Shown: positions 29,718 through 47,250 of the stretch, in pieces | How the letters are laid out: each line of letters starts with the position of its first letter | How positions within the stretch are numbered: the stretch's first letter is position 1 | Source of the DNA: the human T2T-CHM13v2.0 reference genome, Homo sapiens | DNA: 64,000 nt | Assembly: GCF_009914755.1 (NCBI RefSeq) | Contig: NC_060926.1 | Direction: 5' to 3' (one strand) | The notes under the pieces: generated by a model | What the model saw: the letters and a program-made list of their open reading frames with translations, nothing else | What the model was told of the DNA's origin: nothing | The model's database searches: none | Program-made: the position numbers and the translations under genes

Positions 29718-30689
29718 AGGATATTTTTGAATAGTTAAAGTATTTTATCATGATAATGTTTTCATTCAGTAAATGTTTATTATGTGTATTTCGACGTCCC
29801 TCTGCTAGGTGCTAAGGGGCATAAGATGATTAAAGGGGTTGTGAAAAGTCCAGTCTAACTGGGGTGAGAGAGGTAGGCAGGTAAATTAGCACAGGTTGGA
29901 AGCACAGGGGTAGAGTTTGGGAATGAAGCTCTGGGGCAGCACAGTGGGAAGAGTGCTCCTCCTGCCTTGGGGAGCAGGACAGGCCTTGCCTCTCCTTCTG
30001 GCTTCCTCTGTCACTATTCATCTCGCAGGCTTTTCTGTCCTCTGCCACAAGTGCTCTTCCTCCCTGAGGACTTTTGCAGAAGTTCTTTCCTCTGCCTGGA
30101 ATGGATGCTTCCTTCTTGTCTCCACGCCTTGCTGATTGCTCCCCACTCTTTCATTCCCCACTTGCTGTGTTGTAGCCCCTCACTGTGTGCTCTGCTTCCT
30201 GACATCATTTAGCACGGCTGCTGTGAAAGGATGACTTGCTGGATATTCCCCACCTCCCCCTCAAGAGAATGCTTTCAGCTGTAAGTAACAGAAAACTGAT
30301 AAACAAGTGGCTCGACAAATGGTGGTTTATTCTCAAATATATAGGGGACTGGAGGTCAGTAGCCACTGGTGCTTGTTGAGCTGTCATCAGTGTCAGGATC
30401 GTGTCTGTAGGATTCTCTTGTCCTTTCCCTCATGGTTATAAGATGGCTGTCCCAGCTTCAAGTGCACCCACACTCAAGGCTGGGGGAAGGGATGGCTCTG
30501 GGTCTTTTCCTTTTTATCTGGAAAGCAAACTCTTTCCCAGAAGCTGGCAGCACACTTCTATGTGTGTGCTATTGTCCATCCCTGGCAGTAATCAGCTTTT
30601 TCAGCCACTCATAAGGATGAAAGGGAGAGGGGGGAGAGGTATTAAGACTAGTGTTGTGTTTGCCATTCAACAATGCCATCTACACTTCT

Positions 30690-30785
30690 CAAGACTGTAA
30701 GCTCCTTAAAGGCAGGGATTGTCTGTCCTTTTCTTCTTTGAATTCCCAGTGCCTTGCACAGTACCTGGCACATAGAGTGAATGGT
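30690..30785 (+). mobile_element. L2 3' end
   Basis: agactgtaagctcctt...ggcagggattgt...cacagtacctggcacatag. Confidence 0.75.
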
Positions 30786-31177
30786 GACAAGCATGTCAGA
30801 AAGAGAAGGTGGAATAAGGACCTTTCAGGAGAAGAGAATGTCAGATACGAAGGCATTGAGCTGAAAGAGCCTTCATTGTGTTTTTGGGAACATGTGACTG
30901 GAACATAGGCAGATGACAGACTACTGGAAACTGAAAAGCTCTGCATATCATGTGAATTTGTCCTTCTGTCAGCAATGGGGAGTCGTTGAAAAGTTTCAGG
31001 CCAGGGAGTGACACAATAGTATTTGTGGGTTAGATTACTGTGTTGAAAATATGGGCTAAGAACTGGAAGAAGGGAGATTGGAATCAAGGAGATTAATTAA
31101 CCATATCATACTGTGGTTTCATCAAAGAGAGTAAGAATAATTTGGAAGATTGGAAAATATAATTTTAAAATAACCTA

Positions 31178-31600
31178 GAACAATGATCTCAAAGTAGGAC
31201 CTTGGATCAGTAGCATCAGCATTACCTGGCACCTTGTTAGAAACGTAAATTCTTGGGGTCCACATTGAGCCTACTGAATCCGAAGCCCAGGGTAAGTTCC
31301 AGCAGTGTGAGTTCATAAGCCCTCCAGGTGACTGTGATCCACATGAAAGCTTCAGAGCCACTAAACTAGAGCAATGGATGCTTAAGGGTGAAAGACAGCT
31401 TGGAGATCACCCAATCTGATACAGCCAATCTGCATATCAGAATCACCTGGGGAGCTTTTACATGGCAACTAAATTGCCCACACCTCCTACTCCACACAGC
31501 AGAACAACTAAATCATGATCTTGGGGGCTGGGACCCGTGCATCAAATTATTTCCAATGATCTCAAGTGTTTCCAATGAGCAGCCAGGTCTGAGTACCATT
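31178..31600. mobile_element. Two MER5-type elements (about 31178-31362 and 31420-31600)
   Basis: agcatcagcattacctgg...ttgttagaaa and gcatatcagaatcacctggggagcttt. Confidence 0.7.
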
Positions 31601-32689
31601 GGTCTTATCTAACCCCTATTGATGGGAAAACTCAGGATTCAAAGAGGAGTTACTCAAGGGCGTATAGCAAGCTCAGGTAAGAACTGGGTCCTTGAATCAA
31701 TTTCATAAGCTGTCATCTCCATGAATGCCTTAAACACTATCCCAACTTTTTAATTTTTAAATTATATTAAAAACTTTTGTGGCTACATAGTAGGTATACA
31801 TGTTCTATCCTAACTTTTTAATGATTTGCCTGAAGATAATCATTCACGGTGACAAATACAACTGCCAAATTTTTAGAAGAAAAATAGGTTACAGACATTA
31901 TGAAAAAGTCAGTTCTCTTTTACATGAACAGTATTACACACTTTAAAAAGTTATCCTTTTTGTAAATATTTTGTAAGAATACGTATTTTTAACAATAATG
32001 AAAAGAATATAGATACAATAGGGTAGAGAGTGCTTTGTTATTTGTGTGTATAAGTAATAACCCTTTTTTCAAACTCTAGATGGAGCTCTTTGGTTTTTAT
32101 ATATTCTTTTATTTATAATTTGGTAAGTCTTTGTTTTAAAAGAAGCAGCTATTTTGGGATTTTTTTAAAAACATTAAAAATTTTATAATAAGTATTCTCA
32201 ACATTTCTCAGCTCTCCTTTTCTTGTTGTTTCACAACCATATAGATTCTTACTTTTTTTTGTTATTGTTCAATTGCTGGACCAAATCCAAATTCAGGCCT
32301 CAGAGAGTCATTTCTCAAATGCATCTTAAAGTTGTATTTTATCTCACAGTATTTAACGAATGGGATAAGTTTCCCATGTTTATTGTTTGTAATAGGTCTC
32401 AAAGTTGTAATAGAATTTGTGTAAGATGGACCTCCCTTTATGAATAATGCCAGGAGAGAAAGTCTCTGAGGATATTATAGCTGTTGCTATAGTAATTCCT
32501 TCAGCTATTTTTACCCCACTGTGTACAAAGGAGTGTTAACAGCTACCTTCTTGTAACATAAATGAAACATTTTGCTGCTGCTTCTTTTTCTTTTCCGTTT
32601 TACTAGCTCAGTATTCTCTCTTCTATTGGAAGTGCACTTGGAGCAAAATTCCCAAAATATGAGGCCTGTTGTTTTTAATGGTATAAGCC

Positions 32690-32825
32690 TGTGGTGTGGT
32701 TCCTAGGCCAGCAGCAGCACCATGGATATCACCTGGAAGTTTGTTAGAAATGCAGATTCTCGGCTCCCACCCTAGACGTACTGAATCAGAAACCCTGGGG
32801 ATGGGGCCCAACAATCTGTTTTGAA
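32690..32825. mobile_element. MER5A
   Basis: atcacctggaagtttgttagaaatgcagattctcggctcccacc. Confidence 0.8.
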
Positions 32826-32893
32826 AGGCTGTTTTGAAAGGATAAAAATCCTGTACTCACCGGAACCTACATAAAAAAATTTCCTCCTGTACA

Positions 32894-33207
32894 GGCCAGG
32901 CATGGTGGCTCACCCCCATAATCCCAGCACTTTTGGAGGCCAGAGGGGGAAGATTGTTTGAGCCCAGGAGTTGGAGACCAGCCTGGGCAACATAGGGAGA
33001 TGCCCATCTCAACAACAACAAAAACAACAACAACAAAAAATCAGAAAGTTAGCCGGGCGTTGTGATGCACACCTGTGGTCCCAGCTGCTTAGGAGACTAA
33101 GGTGGGAGGATTGCTTGAGCCTGAGAAGTCAAGGCTGCGGTGAATCGTGATCACCGCACCCCAGTCTGGAGCCAGAGTGAGACCCTGTCTCAGAAAAGAA
33201 AAAGAAA
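32894..33207 (+). mobile_element. AluJ with (CAA)n linker
   Basis: Full dimer. Confidence 0.9.
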
Positions 33208-33782
33208 AATTACTCTGTACAGTCACTTTTGCTCGTTTTGGATTTGTCCAGTGCTTTTCAAATCACCCAGGGCTTTTGTTAAAAGGAATAATTTTCATTC
33301 AGTAAGTTTGAGGTGGAGCCTGATATTCTGCCTCTAACAAACTCCCAAACAGTATGGATTTTGCTTGTCCCCGGATCACATTTTGAGTGGTGAGGCCAAA
33401 TAGCACATAGTAAGGCCATAACCATGCCTGCATGTGAGTTATCTGTGATTTATGTGTATATGCTTTTGATTTAGTATACCTAAAGTCAGTTTTTCCTTTT
33501 CAATCACAGTGGGAAGAGACAATTTATAGAATGTAATGCTTTCTTGTCTAATTGTAAGTGACTCAATCATATTAAATGCTACAAGAGGGTATTGTTTGCC
33601 AGGATCTGTCTCTGAGACCCTCTGTTATAATCAGCAGTGGACGCCCTTGAAAATTACATTATTTAAAAAACTGAGACTCATTCATAGCATTATGAAGTCA
33701 GAGAGAAAGTCCTGAAGTTTGAAGAAGTTTTCAGACAAAATAATTTCAGACAAAAAGAAGTGGTTCATAAATGTTTGTTATC

Positions 33783-34077
<295 letters not shown>

Positions 34078-34897
34078 GTTATCATTCACTTATTATTTAC
34101 TGAGCATCTGCCGTGGGGAGCATTGTGCTAGGCACTTTAGGAAATTTTTTTAAAAAGGATAAAGTCCTTGACCTTGAGGAGATAATAGTCTAGCTGAGGC
34201 AATAAAACTTATGCCTGTGAAAGTTAATTACCAAAATAGGGAGTATTCTGTCAAATGGTAAAGAAGCGTGGTAGAATTTCGGAAGACCAAAGGATAGCTA
34301 ATGGCTGGTAAGGCTGAAAGAGGGATCTGATTAGGGCTTTGGAGCATGTATAGAACTTAGACATTCAGAGGAGAGGGAAGGTGGGGGAATGCTCCATGGA
34401 AGAGAGATGGCATGGGTCAGGGTGAAGCTTCTAGGAGTGAATCATGGATGCACACAGGAACTGGGGAGAAGTTCAGATGACATGAATCTTAACTTCTTGT
34501 CTAGGAGCCAGATAGGTGAGGATTTAACTGCCAGGCTTTTGAGTTTTGACTTAGTCCCTTGTGCACCAAGGAATCATTGAAGAATGCTTTCAGCTGGGGG
34601 CAGGGTGACCCAATCATAATGATGATTTAGGAGGAGTCATTAATGGAATATTCAGGATGAATTCAAATGACAGACTGGAGGCTGAAACACTTGTTGGTAG
34701 GCACCGGCACTGGGTACATAGGGAAGAGAGAAGACTGCAGGAAATACAGTAAGGAAGAGAACTGGCAAAGGGACAATATAAACTGAAAATATAAACAGAT
34801 TAATGAGAAGTTAAGAAAAATTAATTCATATGAATGGAAACCAGGGGTGTTTGGGACCACATTTGTCCTTTTGAGGTGCCTCTTGTGGCAAACAGCG

Positions 34898-35368
34898 TTT
34901 TTTTGTTTTGTTATGTTTTTGTTTTTAGTTCTGGGATACATGTGCAGAACGTGCAGGTTTCTTAGATAGGTATACATGTGCCATGGTGGTTTGCTGCACC
35001 TATCAACTTATCATCTAGTTTTTAAGCCCCACAGCCATTAGGTATTTGTCCTAATGCTCTCCCTCCTCTTGCCCCTCACCCCCGTGACAGGCCTGGGTGT
35101 GTGATGTTCCCCTCCCTGTGTCATGTGTTCTCATTGTTCAGCTCCCGCTTATGAGTGAGAACTTGGGATGTTTGGTTTTCTGTTCCTGTGTTAGTTTGCT
35201 GAGAATGATGGCTTCCAGCTTCATCCATGTCCCTGCAAAGGACATGAACTCATTCCTTTTTATGGCTGTATAGTATTCAATGGTGTATATGTGCTATATT
35301 TTTTTTTATCCAGTCTCTTATTGATGGGCATTTGGGTTGGTTCCATGTCTTTGCTATTGCAAGTAGTG
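34898..35368 (-). mobile_element. Short L1PA (PA8-like) 3' end
   Basis: ggatacatgtgcagaacgtgcagg; aaacagc TSD. Confidence 0.88.
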
Positions 35369-35655
35369 AAACAGCCTTATTTTCTAACTAACCATCTTGG
35401 AGACACTGTATAGACTAGTTGATTTCAGTGGCATTACCTTGCTAACGATTTGAAGTTGATATATTATTTCACTCACATTTACCTTTTTGGTTTTGTATCT
35501 CCTTTTAGGGTCCTCTGCCTTATTTCCTGCAATCATGAATATGTTTTGAATACTGCTAGTCACAAATTCCAAAGCTGGCCATTCATTGTTAGTTAGTACT
35601 TTCAGAACAATTGTCTTAAAATTTTAGATCTAGAAGGGACCTGAGAGGTCATCTG

Positions 35656-35725
35656 GTCTGTCTGTCTGTCTGTCTCTCTCTTTCTCTGTGTGTGTGTCTG
35701 TCTCTCTCTGTCTCTCTCTCTTTCA

Positions 35726-35781
<56 letters not shown>
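35656..35781. repeat. Compound microsatellite (GTCT)n(CT)n(AC)20
   Basis: Read directly; pure AC run at 35741-35780. Confidence 0.95.
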
Positions 35782-35782
<1 letters not shown>

Positions 35783-37153
35783 TAGAGACAACCAAAGTCT
35801 TCTAAGACTTGAGGCAAAGGAAAGTACACTTGAAGGCAATACTATATGATGCCCCATCCATGTTAAGATGGTTCACAGAGCTGATCTGACCTGATCATTG
35901 GTGCCTTAGACTGGAGAGGAGACTGGGTGCCAGGAGAGCAAACCAGTCTTCCTGTTAGTTTCTTCCCTACCCCTGCCCCAAGGGAAAGTCAGTGCATCTT
36001 GGACTCTGGATGAAGGAATCTTCTGGCGGAAATCTAAGGAGTTTATATATATCTATTTTAAATCAATGATTACCGGCCATTTTACAGAGGGTTATCTCTC
36101 TAAAAGTCCTAGAAACCCATGTAAGCATATTGAATCAGAGCTATTCAGCCTGACTTGTTGCAGAAAACATACTGCCTTAATCCACCAAAACACACACATG
36201 TGACACTGCATTCTAAAAGTTTGAAGTTTTACATTCAGTTTAAACAACCATCCAGCAATATCAGACCCTGGTCCATTGGCTTAGTGGTGCCTCATTCTTA
36301 ATGCTCTTATCTAGGTGCAGCCTCAATTACTGCCTGGTTAGTCAGTCAAGGAAACCAAAGTGTGTGCGCTCCACTTGACCATGGTGTTGTCAGAGAGCAC
36401 CCAGAGGGCCATGTAGTCTTTGATACAGCATGAGGTGATGCATTTGATTATTACCTGTGTCCTCTGGGCAAGCATTTATTCATTCCACAAATATTATAAA
36501 GTATCTGCTATATGTCAGGCAGAGTGTTGGGAACTGTGGATACAAAGATGAGTAATACAGTCTCTGCCCTCAAGGACTTGAGGAAAGATGGATGGGTAGA
36601 CACAGAAGAATGTGTATACAGAATGAAGTAAGACATGGAGTATTTGATCCAGAAAACTCTTGAGACTGAATAAAGGATTTTAACTTTTGTACAAACTGAG
36701 ATCCTCCTGTTTGCCCTGTCAATGCCAAGGCGACCTACATTCAGATACTGTGACTTTAAAAAAATTGCTCATTATCATGTCCACATCTCCAGTTTGGCTG
36801 ACACATCTGTCCTTGTGAAATATGCCAAGCACAGGATAAGATAATCTCTGAATTTGGACCCAGTCAAGTGCTTGAGTTCGATGCCAAGATGGTTAGGCTA
36901 CCTTGCTACTCACCTTGAAGATTTCTCATAATGATGGAAACTTACTTCAAGATTCTATAGCAATTTGGCTTTTGTATCCCCACCTTCCAAGCCCCCCACC
37001 TCCATTTCTTAGTCTCACATTTGCCACCCCAGTTCGCTGGCAATGCTCATCTCACAAGGCTAACAGATGCAGCTCACAAGCCAGGAGGGCAGCAGGCAGG
37101 CCCTCTTGATAAAGGACTCTTAAAATTTATTTTAATTTTTCTTTTTTTGTGTG

Positions 37154-37211
37154 AGGTATTTTCCAGTGAAAACCAGAAAACCTGCTGGACAAATTCTGAA
37201 AAAGCTGTAAC
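37154..37211 (-). pseudogene. U7 snRNA processed pseudogene
   Basis: Minus strand reads GTTACAGCTTTTTCAGAATTTGTCCAGCAGGTTTTCTGGTTTTCACTGGAAAATACCT, colinear with U7 (histone-downstream-element pairing region, Sm site AATTTGTCTAG with 1 mismatch, 3' hairpin). An A-rich tail follows (T-rich 37125-37148 on +). Confidence 0.9.
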
Positions 37212-38350
37212 TTTTTTTTTTTTTTAATGCTTCAGGCAATTCCATTTGATCTGGCCATCACCAAAGCTACTGGTAATCCATAGGACCCTTCCTCATGACG
37301 GCATCTATCGACCTGTGACCTTTTGCCTCCAGCTCTTACTGAACAAAAAAAGCACCCAGTGTATCACCACTCATTTCCTCAGCAGTCTGCTATATTTAGT
37401 TTGTCAAAGTGTTTTTGGATCTTGATTCAGTTATCTAACATGTTCATTGTTTCTCCTAGCTCATCAACTGAGAAATTTGATAAGGATCATTTCTATATCA
37501 TTGTCCAAATAATTGAGGACAGCTTTGAACAGCACAGGGCCCAGTAGCACAGTCTAGACAACACTCTCCTCTGATACATTTATAATCATATCTGAAAAGA
37601 TATAATGGTGGCAATCTTTTGGACACTGTATTACAAAAAATCTCAAATCCAGAGAAAAGACAGAGAATAGCGTAATACCCACATTTAGATTTCACAGTTG
37701 TAGTATTTTTCTATATTTGTATCACAAATGTTATATAGATACAGATTTTTTTTTCTGATTTGGATAAATTTGCTGTAAGAGACATTTGGGGGAGGAACTA
37801 CTGAGGCATTTGAATATGGCCTGGGTATGAAAGAACGTTAAGGAATTAGTATTATATTTGTTATGTGTGATATCATCATGGTTATGTAGGAAAGTGTCTT
37901 TATTTTTTATAGCTGTATACTGAAGTATTTGGGTGAAATGTTATGATATCCATAATTTTATTTAAATACTTTGGGCTTTTATAAACAATAATTCAGAGGG
38001 AAGAGAGTTGTGTAGGAGATATCTAAAGAGGTTCAGAGAGAATGGCTAATTGTTTATCAGTCTGTGATGGAATTGTTTTGAGTTTGGAATATTTTGATAA
38101 GTTCTAAATAATAAGCCAGTTTTAAAAAATTACCACATAATATGAAAGACAGAAGTCTTCATCCTGTTCTTGGGCCCAGTGCCACCCCAGAGCCTCATTC
38201 CATCCCATTTCTCCATCCCAATTATTACTGTCATTTTTTATAAAAATTGCTTCTATATTTTGATGTACATTTCTCAAAACTGTTTTGTCAAAATATTCAC
38301 TTTTTCCATTGTCTTCAGACAAAACCACTGTGTCAAATCTGCTGTGTCCA

Positions 38351-38680
38351 GGCCAGGCACAGTGGCTCACACCTGTAATCCCAGCACTTTGGTAGGTTGA
38401 GGTGAGCAGATCACTTGAGGTCAGGAGTTCAAGACCAGCCTGGCCAACATGGTGAAACCACGTCTCTACTAAAAAAATAAAAAAATCACCCAGGCGTGGT
38501 GGTACATGCCTGTAATCCCAGCTACTTGGGAGGCTGAGGGAGGAGAATCACTGAAACCGGGAAGCAGAGGTTGCAGTGAGCAGAGATCACGACATTGCAC
38601 TCCAGCCTGGGCCACAGAAGCAGACTCCGTCTCAAAACCAAACAAAATAAAATAGAATAGAATAAAATAAAATAATAAAA
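38351..38680 (+). mobile_element. AluS
   Basis: Full dimer; aatctgct..tcca TSD. Confidence 0.92.
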
Positions 38681-39664
38681 TAATCTGCTACATCCAAATG
38701 TCCAATAAAGGAAAAAAGCCACATGAACCGTGAGTTAGAAACCATAAAAAGTAATTGGATATTACCAAGAGAAGTGTTACTAATATAATTTCAGATACAT
38801 TACGGGGATAATATTTAGACAGGTGTAGTAGAGCCATTATTGTTATATATCAGCTGAGTTATTTTAAAATAGATATAGTAATCATTGAATTAAAGAAACC
38901 CAATGAATTTTAAAAAGAGAAAGAGCAGTGAAAATGAACATACAGTATCTCTTGGGAAAATGTAAAATGGATGATAAAACAGGAAGACTGTAGAGGGTGT
39001 ATTATAGATAACACATTAATTGTAATTGTATTAGAAATAGAATTTTAAGCATTGCCATTTTCTGGATAGCTGAGGATGACAAAGTCAAAATTTTTAGTGC
39101 ATGCTTTCACTTAAATGGCCTATAAAATAGACAACTGAGGTGAAACACTGGTAAGATGAGCCAAAGCTTTATTTTTGGCGTCATTTTCCTTTAAACCTGT
39201 TGGGATTTGTAAAGCTTGGTTTTCCTGTCCAAAGAACCAATCAGGAGTGTTACAGAAGAATTTTTCTACCTAAATAATTTTGAACGCTATTCTTTCTAAA
39301 GTATGTTAGACTTATCGCTTACCTTTTTCCCCACAGAATGGAAGCTATTTAGCAGAGGTTGGCCTTTTTCTGATGACTCCAGTAGATAGTTTCAGCAGTG
39401 AATCTTCCAGGGCTAATTAGCATGTGTGGTGCCATTGGAGTTGCATGCTTGCGTTCTTGGGTCCTGGTGTGTTGTTCCTCTTTGTTAGGTCTGTCTGATT
39501 TTGATCTGTTTCTTTGATGCTTGGAGCACACCCATGAGAGCCTCCCCTATCCCCCTTTGACTTCAGTTTCAAATTTATGGACATTACTGAAATAAATACA
39601 CACATGCTCACCTTCGTTTGGATCCTACATCAAAAAATGTGATAAACAATCCTCAGCCTCTAGA

Positions 39665-39782
39665 ATTTTTTTTTTTAAGAGAGAATAGGTCTTGCTATGT
39701 TGGCCATGATGGCCTCATGCAACCCTCCTGCCTTGGGTTCCCAAAGTGCTGAGATTACAGGCATGATCCACTTCACCTGGCC
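39665..39782 (-). mobile_element. FLAM
   Basis: Left monomer; cctctag TSD. Confidence 0.8.
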
Positions 39783-40303
39783 AACCTCTAGGAATTTGAT
39801 GTAAGTCTAGCTACTACCTACCAGCCATATCCATGTACTCTAGACAACATTTTTGACAAACAGTGCACAGGAAAGGCCCATGAAACTTACGGTTTTTTTT
39901 CCATCGAGAAAAATATTGCCTTCTATTTCTATAAGTTAATTTTATTTTTCAATAATTCTAATAATTAATGAAATAATACCTGGATGCTAAGAGTCAAACA
40001 GTGCTAAAAATATTTAAAAACCAGCAACTACTGCCTCTTCAACCCATCCCATCCCACTCCTCAACAATAGTTTTAGCGATTTTTTTGAGTATTCCTCCTA
40101 ATTTCAGATTAACTGGTATCTCTTAAATCATTAACTTTAGATATTATCTGGTGACTTTTTACCGTGATAGACAAATCTATTGATGTCCTATTATGATAGA
40201 TGAAGATGTGACTCTTAAACTAGTCTTTCCTTCCCTCATTTCCTCATTATGCTTTTATATGACTTTTGGTTAATGCATCAGCAGTCAGTTTTTATATTTT
40301 TAG

Positions 40304-40696
<393 letters not shown>

Positions 40697-42137
40697 TGAT
40701 ACTTGGTTGCCAATACCAGGTGATAGAAAAACTTTACCTCCAAATCCTGTTGCAGAAATTTTTCTTAAAACAGTTTTTTTTTTTTTAAAATCACAGAATA
40801 GACACAGTCTCTTAGGCGGTTGGAAGTATATTCACATCTCCAGCTAGATGGGAAAATCTTGTGGGCAGGGATTGTAATATGACTTTGGGATTGTAATATG
40901 ACTTCGTAAAGAACAGGGATTTTTAAAAGGAAAGGTTAAGATTTGGATAGGCAAAAGGAAGGAGGATATGCTTTATACTTTTGGTCTCTTGACCTTATCT
41001 GAAGGCCTGGAACTCCTGTAATGAAGTAGTTACACAGTCAAAGGTGGGAGGAGGGTCTGTTAGCATCCATCTGCAGGTCTCAGTAATTCTCCACTGCCTG
41101 ACACAATCACCTCCTCACTGCCCCTGTGAGGTGCAGCGCCATCCAAGTCAATCACAGGGAAATGCCAGGGCTCACTTTGTTTATTTACTGGAGTGGCTGG
41201 TTGTACTGGGAGGCTATCAAGACTATCGGGAGGGCTCGGCATTTCATACTCTTTGGGCTGCCTTCTGTGTGTATGTGACAGATCCTGGGCCGGGATCTCT
41301 GAGCCAGAGCTCCTCTCAAGGTTAACCTTGTACATCCCCCTCCCCATATGTGATCAGCAGGGGACAGGCTGGAGTGCGCAAGCCGGAGTGCACATTCCCA
41401 AAGGTTCACGCTGGCCTTCCTTCGTGTCTGCTGTCCAGCCCCAAATACGACCCTTTTAATCTCATAAAACTACTCAGAAGGGCTTCAAACATAAAGAAAT
41501 ACAGTCCACAGCTTTCCTCCCCATACTGAAGATAGCGAATGGAATATGGGAATGTTATCGGGGGGCGAGCTGTTACCCATCCACTAAGAGCCCTAGTTCC
41601 TGATGGCCAAATGCATATCTTCTCTATTAAGCAAATTTATCTGCCAAAAAGCTGTGTTATGCCAAAAAGTTATGTCCACAAATTTAGGACACTATCTTGT
41701 GTCGTTTGTGGTTGTATAAGAATCACAATGTGGCGTTGGTTGCTAAATACATTATTAACCTGTTTGAGAGCAACTCTGTTGTTTTCTTTGCTCATGAAGG
41801 TCAATTTTCACCAGTAGAAGCATTACAAATTTAACTTGAGGATCTTAGTTTTTTTTTCCTGTAAGAGCTTTTTTCACCCCTTTCATTAGTAATTCTAAAA
41901 ATTTTCAACTGGAAATTTTAATAATAGAGTAAGTAAATCTAAGCTTCTTTGGAAGTTGTACTTGTCAGTTCTATTTTTCGGTGTCTTAGGAAACAAGTTA
42001 AAAACGGCTTTTTAGTTCTTAATACATTTCTAATTACAGTTCTTTCTCCTCTTTAAGGGGCTTGCTTTTCTTTAAAAAGGTGCCGTTTTCTTTCCCTGTA
42101 CTAATTGGAATGTTGGTTTTAAAAATGGATATTCTTG

Positions 42138-42436
42138 GGTTGGGTGTGGCGGTTCACACCTGTAATCCTACCACTTTAGGAGGTTGAGGGAGGAGGATCT
42201 CTTGAGCCTAGCAGTGCAAGATCAGCCTAGTCAACATAGGGATACCCCATCTCTACAAAAATAAAAAATACAATTAGCCAAGGATGGTGGGATGTGTCTG
42301 TAGTCTCAGCTACTCAGGAGGCTGAGGCAGGAAGGATCCCTTGAACCCAGGAGTTTGAGGCTGCAGTGAGCTATAATTGTGCCACTGCACTTCAACCTGG
42401 GTAACAGAGCGAGACCCTGTCTCTAGAAAAATAAAA
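42138..42436 (+). mobile_element. AluJ
   Basis: Full dimer; atattc TSD-like flanks. Confidence 0.88.
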
Positions 42437-42800
42437 ATTATATTCCTTCTAACCATGGTCATTAAAAAAATATGTATATAAATATACACATGTATATATA
42501 TTTGCTTGCAAAGAGACAAAAGTCATTACTTAAGGCAAAGCTTTTAAAATTGAAGATGTTTCATATGATCATGTGCTTTGTTTATGAACACATTTGTACC
42601 AACTGAAGTGTTGGCCTTGGTTGAATTTCCTTCTTTTCTCCAAATCATCAAAACTGATGAAATGTCAATCATGTTGACCAATTTTTCACAACAATGTGTG
42701 TAACCCATGGCAGTGAAGGGTGTGAAGACAAATTTAGCTTCCACACCTGGAGAGGGAGCAGTATGTGGATGAGTAGAATAAATTGAACTCTACTAATCTC

Positions 42801-45826
<3,026 letters not shown>

Positions 45827-45871
45827 CTCCCAAAGTGCTGGGATTACAGGCATGAGCCACCGTGCCTGGCC
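45827..45871 (-). mobile_element. Alu 5' 45-bp stub fused to the L1 truncation point
   Basis: ctcccaaagtgctgggattacaggcatgagccaccgtgcctggcc. Confidence 0.9.
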
Positions 45872-45921
45872 TGTTTTTGCTTTTTTACTGTAAATTTACT
45901 GATTATCAAACTAATACATAC

Positions 45922-46710
45922 TGTGGTAGAAACTGCCAGTTATTTCCCAGCATGCATCTGTCCCCTTTTTTCTTTAGTAATAGAAACCCTGAACTTGCGC
46001 TGTACACATGGTCCCTACTATGGTCTGAATGTTTGTATCCCTCCAAAATCATATGTTGAAATCCGTTCCCCAGTGTGATGGTATTAGGGAGTGGGGCCTT
46101 TTGGTAGATGATCAGATCATAAGGGCAGAGCTCTCACAAATGGGGTTAGCACCCTTATAATAGGCCTTGGAGAGCTCTCACACCCCCTTTACCATGTGAG
46201 GATACATTGAAGGCACCATCCATGAGGAACAGGCCCTTATCAGGCACTGAATCTATTGGTGCCTCAATCTTGGAATTCCTGGCACCCAGAATTGTGAGCA
46301 ATATGTTTCTGTTGTTTATATAAAGTACCCAGTCTAAGGTATTTTGTTTAGTAGCCCAAACTGACTAAGACATCCCCCTAGCATAAGGACCGTATTTCTT
46401 AGCCTGTTTGAAGCTTGTATGGCCACCAATGAGATGTGAATGAAAATAATGCATGCATTGTCTCGGTTATGCCCTTAAAGGGAAAGGGTGTGCCCTCCAC
46501 TATTTTCTTTCCCCTTTCTTGCCAGAATGTGAAGACAGGAATTGGAGCAGCCATCTTGAACTGTGAGATGGAAGCCATACATTGAAGGTGGCAGAGCAAC
46601 CAAATAGAACGACCAAGTGTCTCTGATGGTTGTTGAGCTGTCATACCAGCTGTGGACTGCTGTCTGAACTTTTGTAGGACAGAGGAATACACTATTTAAG
46701 TCTGTTGTAA
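45922..46710 (+). mobile_element. MLT1J-like MaLR LTR with a nested MST/MLT1A LTR (46017-46371)
   Basis: ctttagtaatagaaaccc; nested tactatggtctgaatg...gactaagaca with tccc flanks. Confidence 0.65.
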
Positions 46711-46857
46711 CACCTGAATTGCTCTGTATTCTAATATAATACTTGTTTTAGAACACTTGGAACAACAGAAAATTAGTTTTGTTAAGGCAGGAAAAATCTT
46801 ATGTGTAATTCTATCACCCAGAGTCAGTCATGTGTTAACTGACATCTTAGTGGATGT

Positions 46858-47250
46858 TGTAGCATGCTTCCCTCAGCCTCATCCCCACCTCTACCTTCAC
46901 GATGACATGCTTAGTTGCTCAGTGCCTGGAGTGTTAGCTGCTAATGGTTCTATCCAGGAATTGACCTTGGCCTCAGGGGGGCAGCCTGCATCCAAGAATC
47001 TGTTGTTGAGAGGGTACCAAAGTCTAGTCTTCTTGCTTTATTCAGTTTGGACAACTCTGAAGGGCCATCCTAGCTCTAGAGCTCGATGTAGAAGTGGCCA
47101 AGGTCTCTGTTGCAACTGCATTACAGTTCACCTCTCCCTCTGTCAATCCAGCTTCCCTCTCCTTTCACAGGCACTCTTCCCAAGGGCACTTCACAACAAA
47201 CCCGCATGCAAATCTCAGAATCTTTGTGCTAGGGAACCTGACCTATGACA
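46858..47250 (+). mobile_element. LTR16-like ERVL LTR
   Basis: 3' end catgcaaatctcagaatct...gggaacctgacctatgaca. Confidence 0.6.

Noticed and set aside
46757-47248. 163-aa ORF
   Set aside because: Non-ATG start, lies over an LTR16-like element, no recognisable protein similarity
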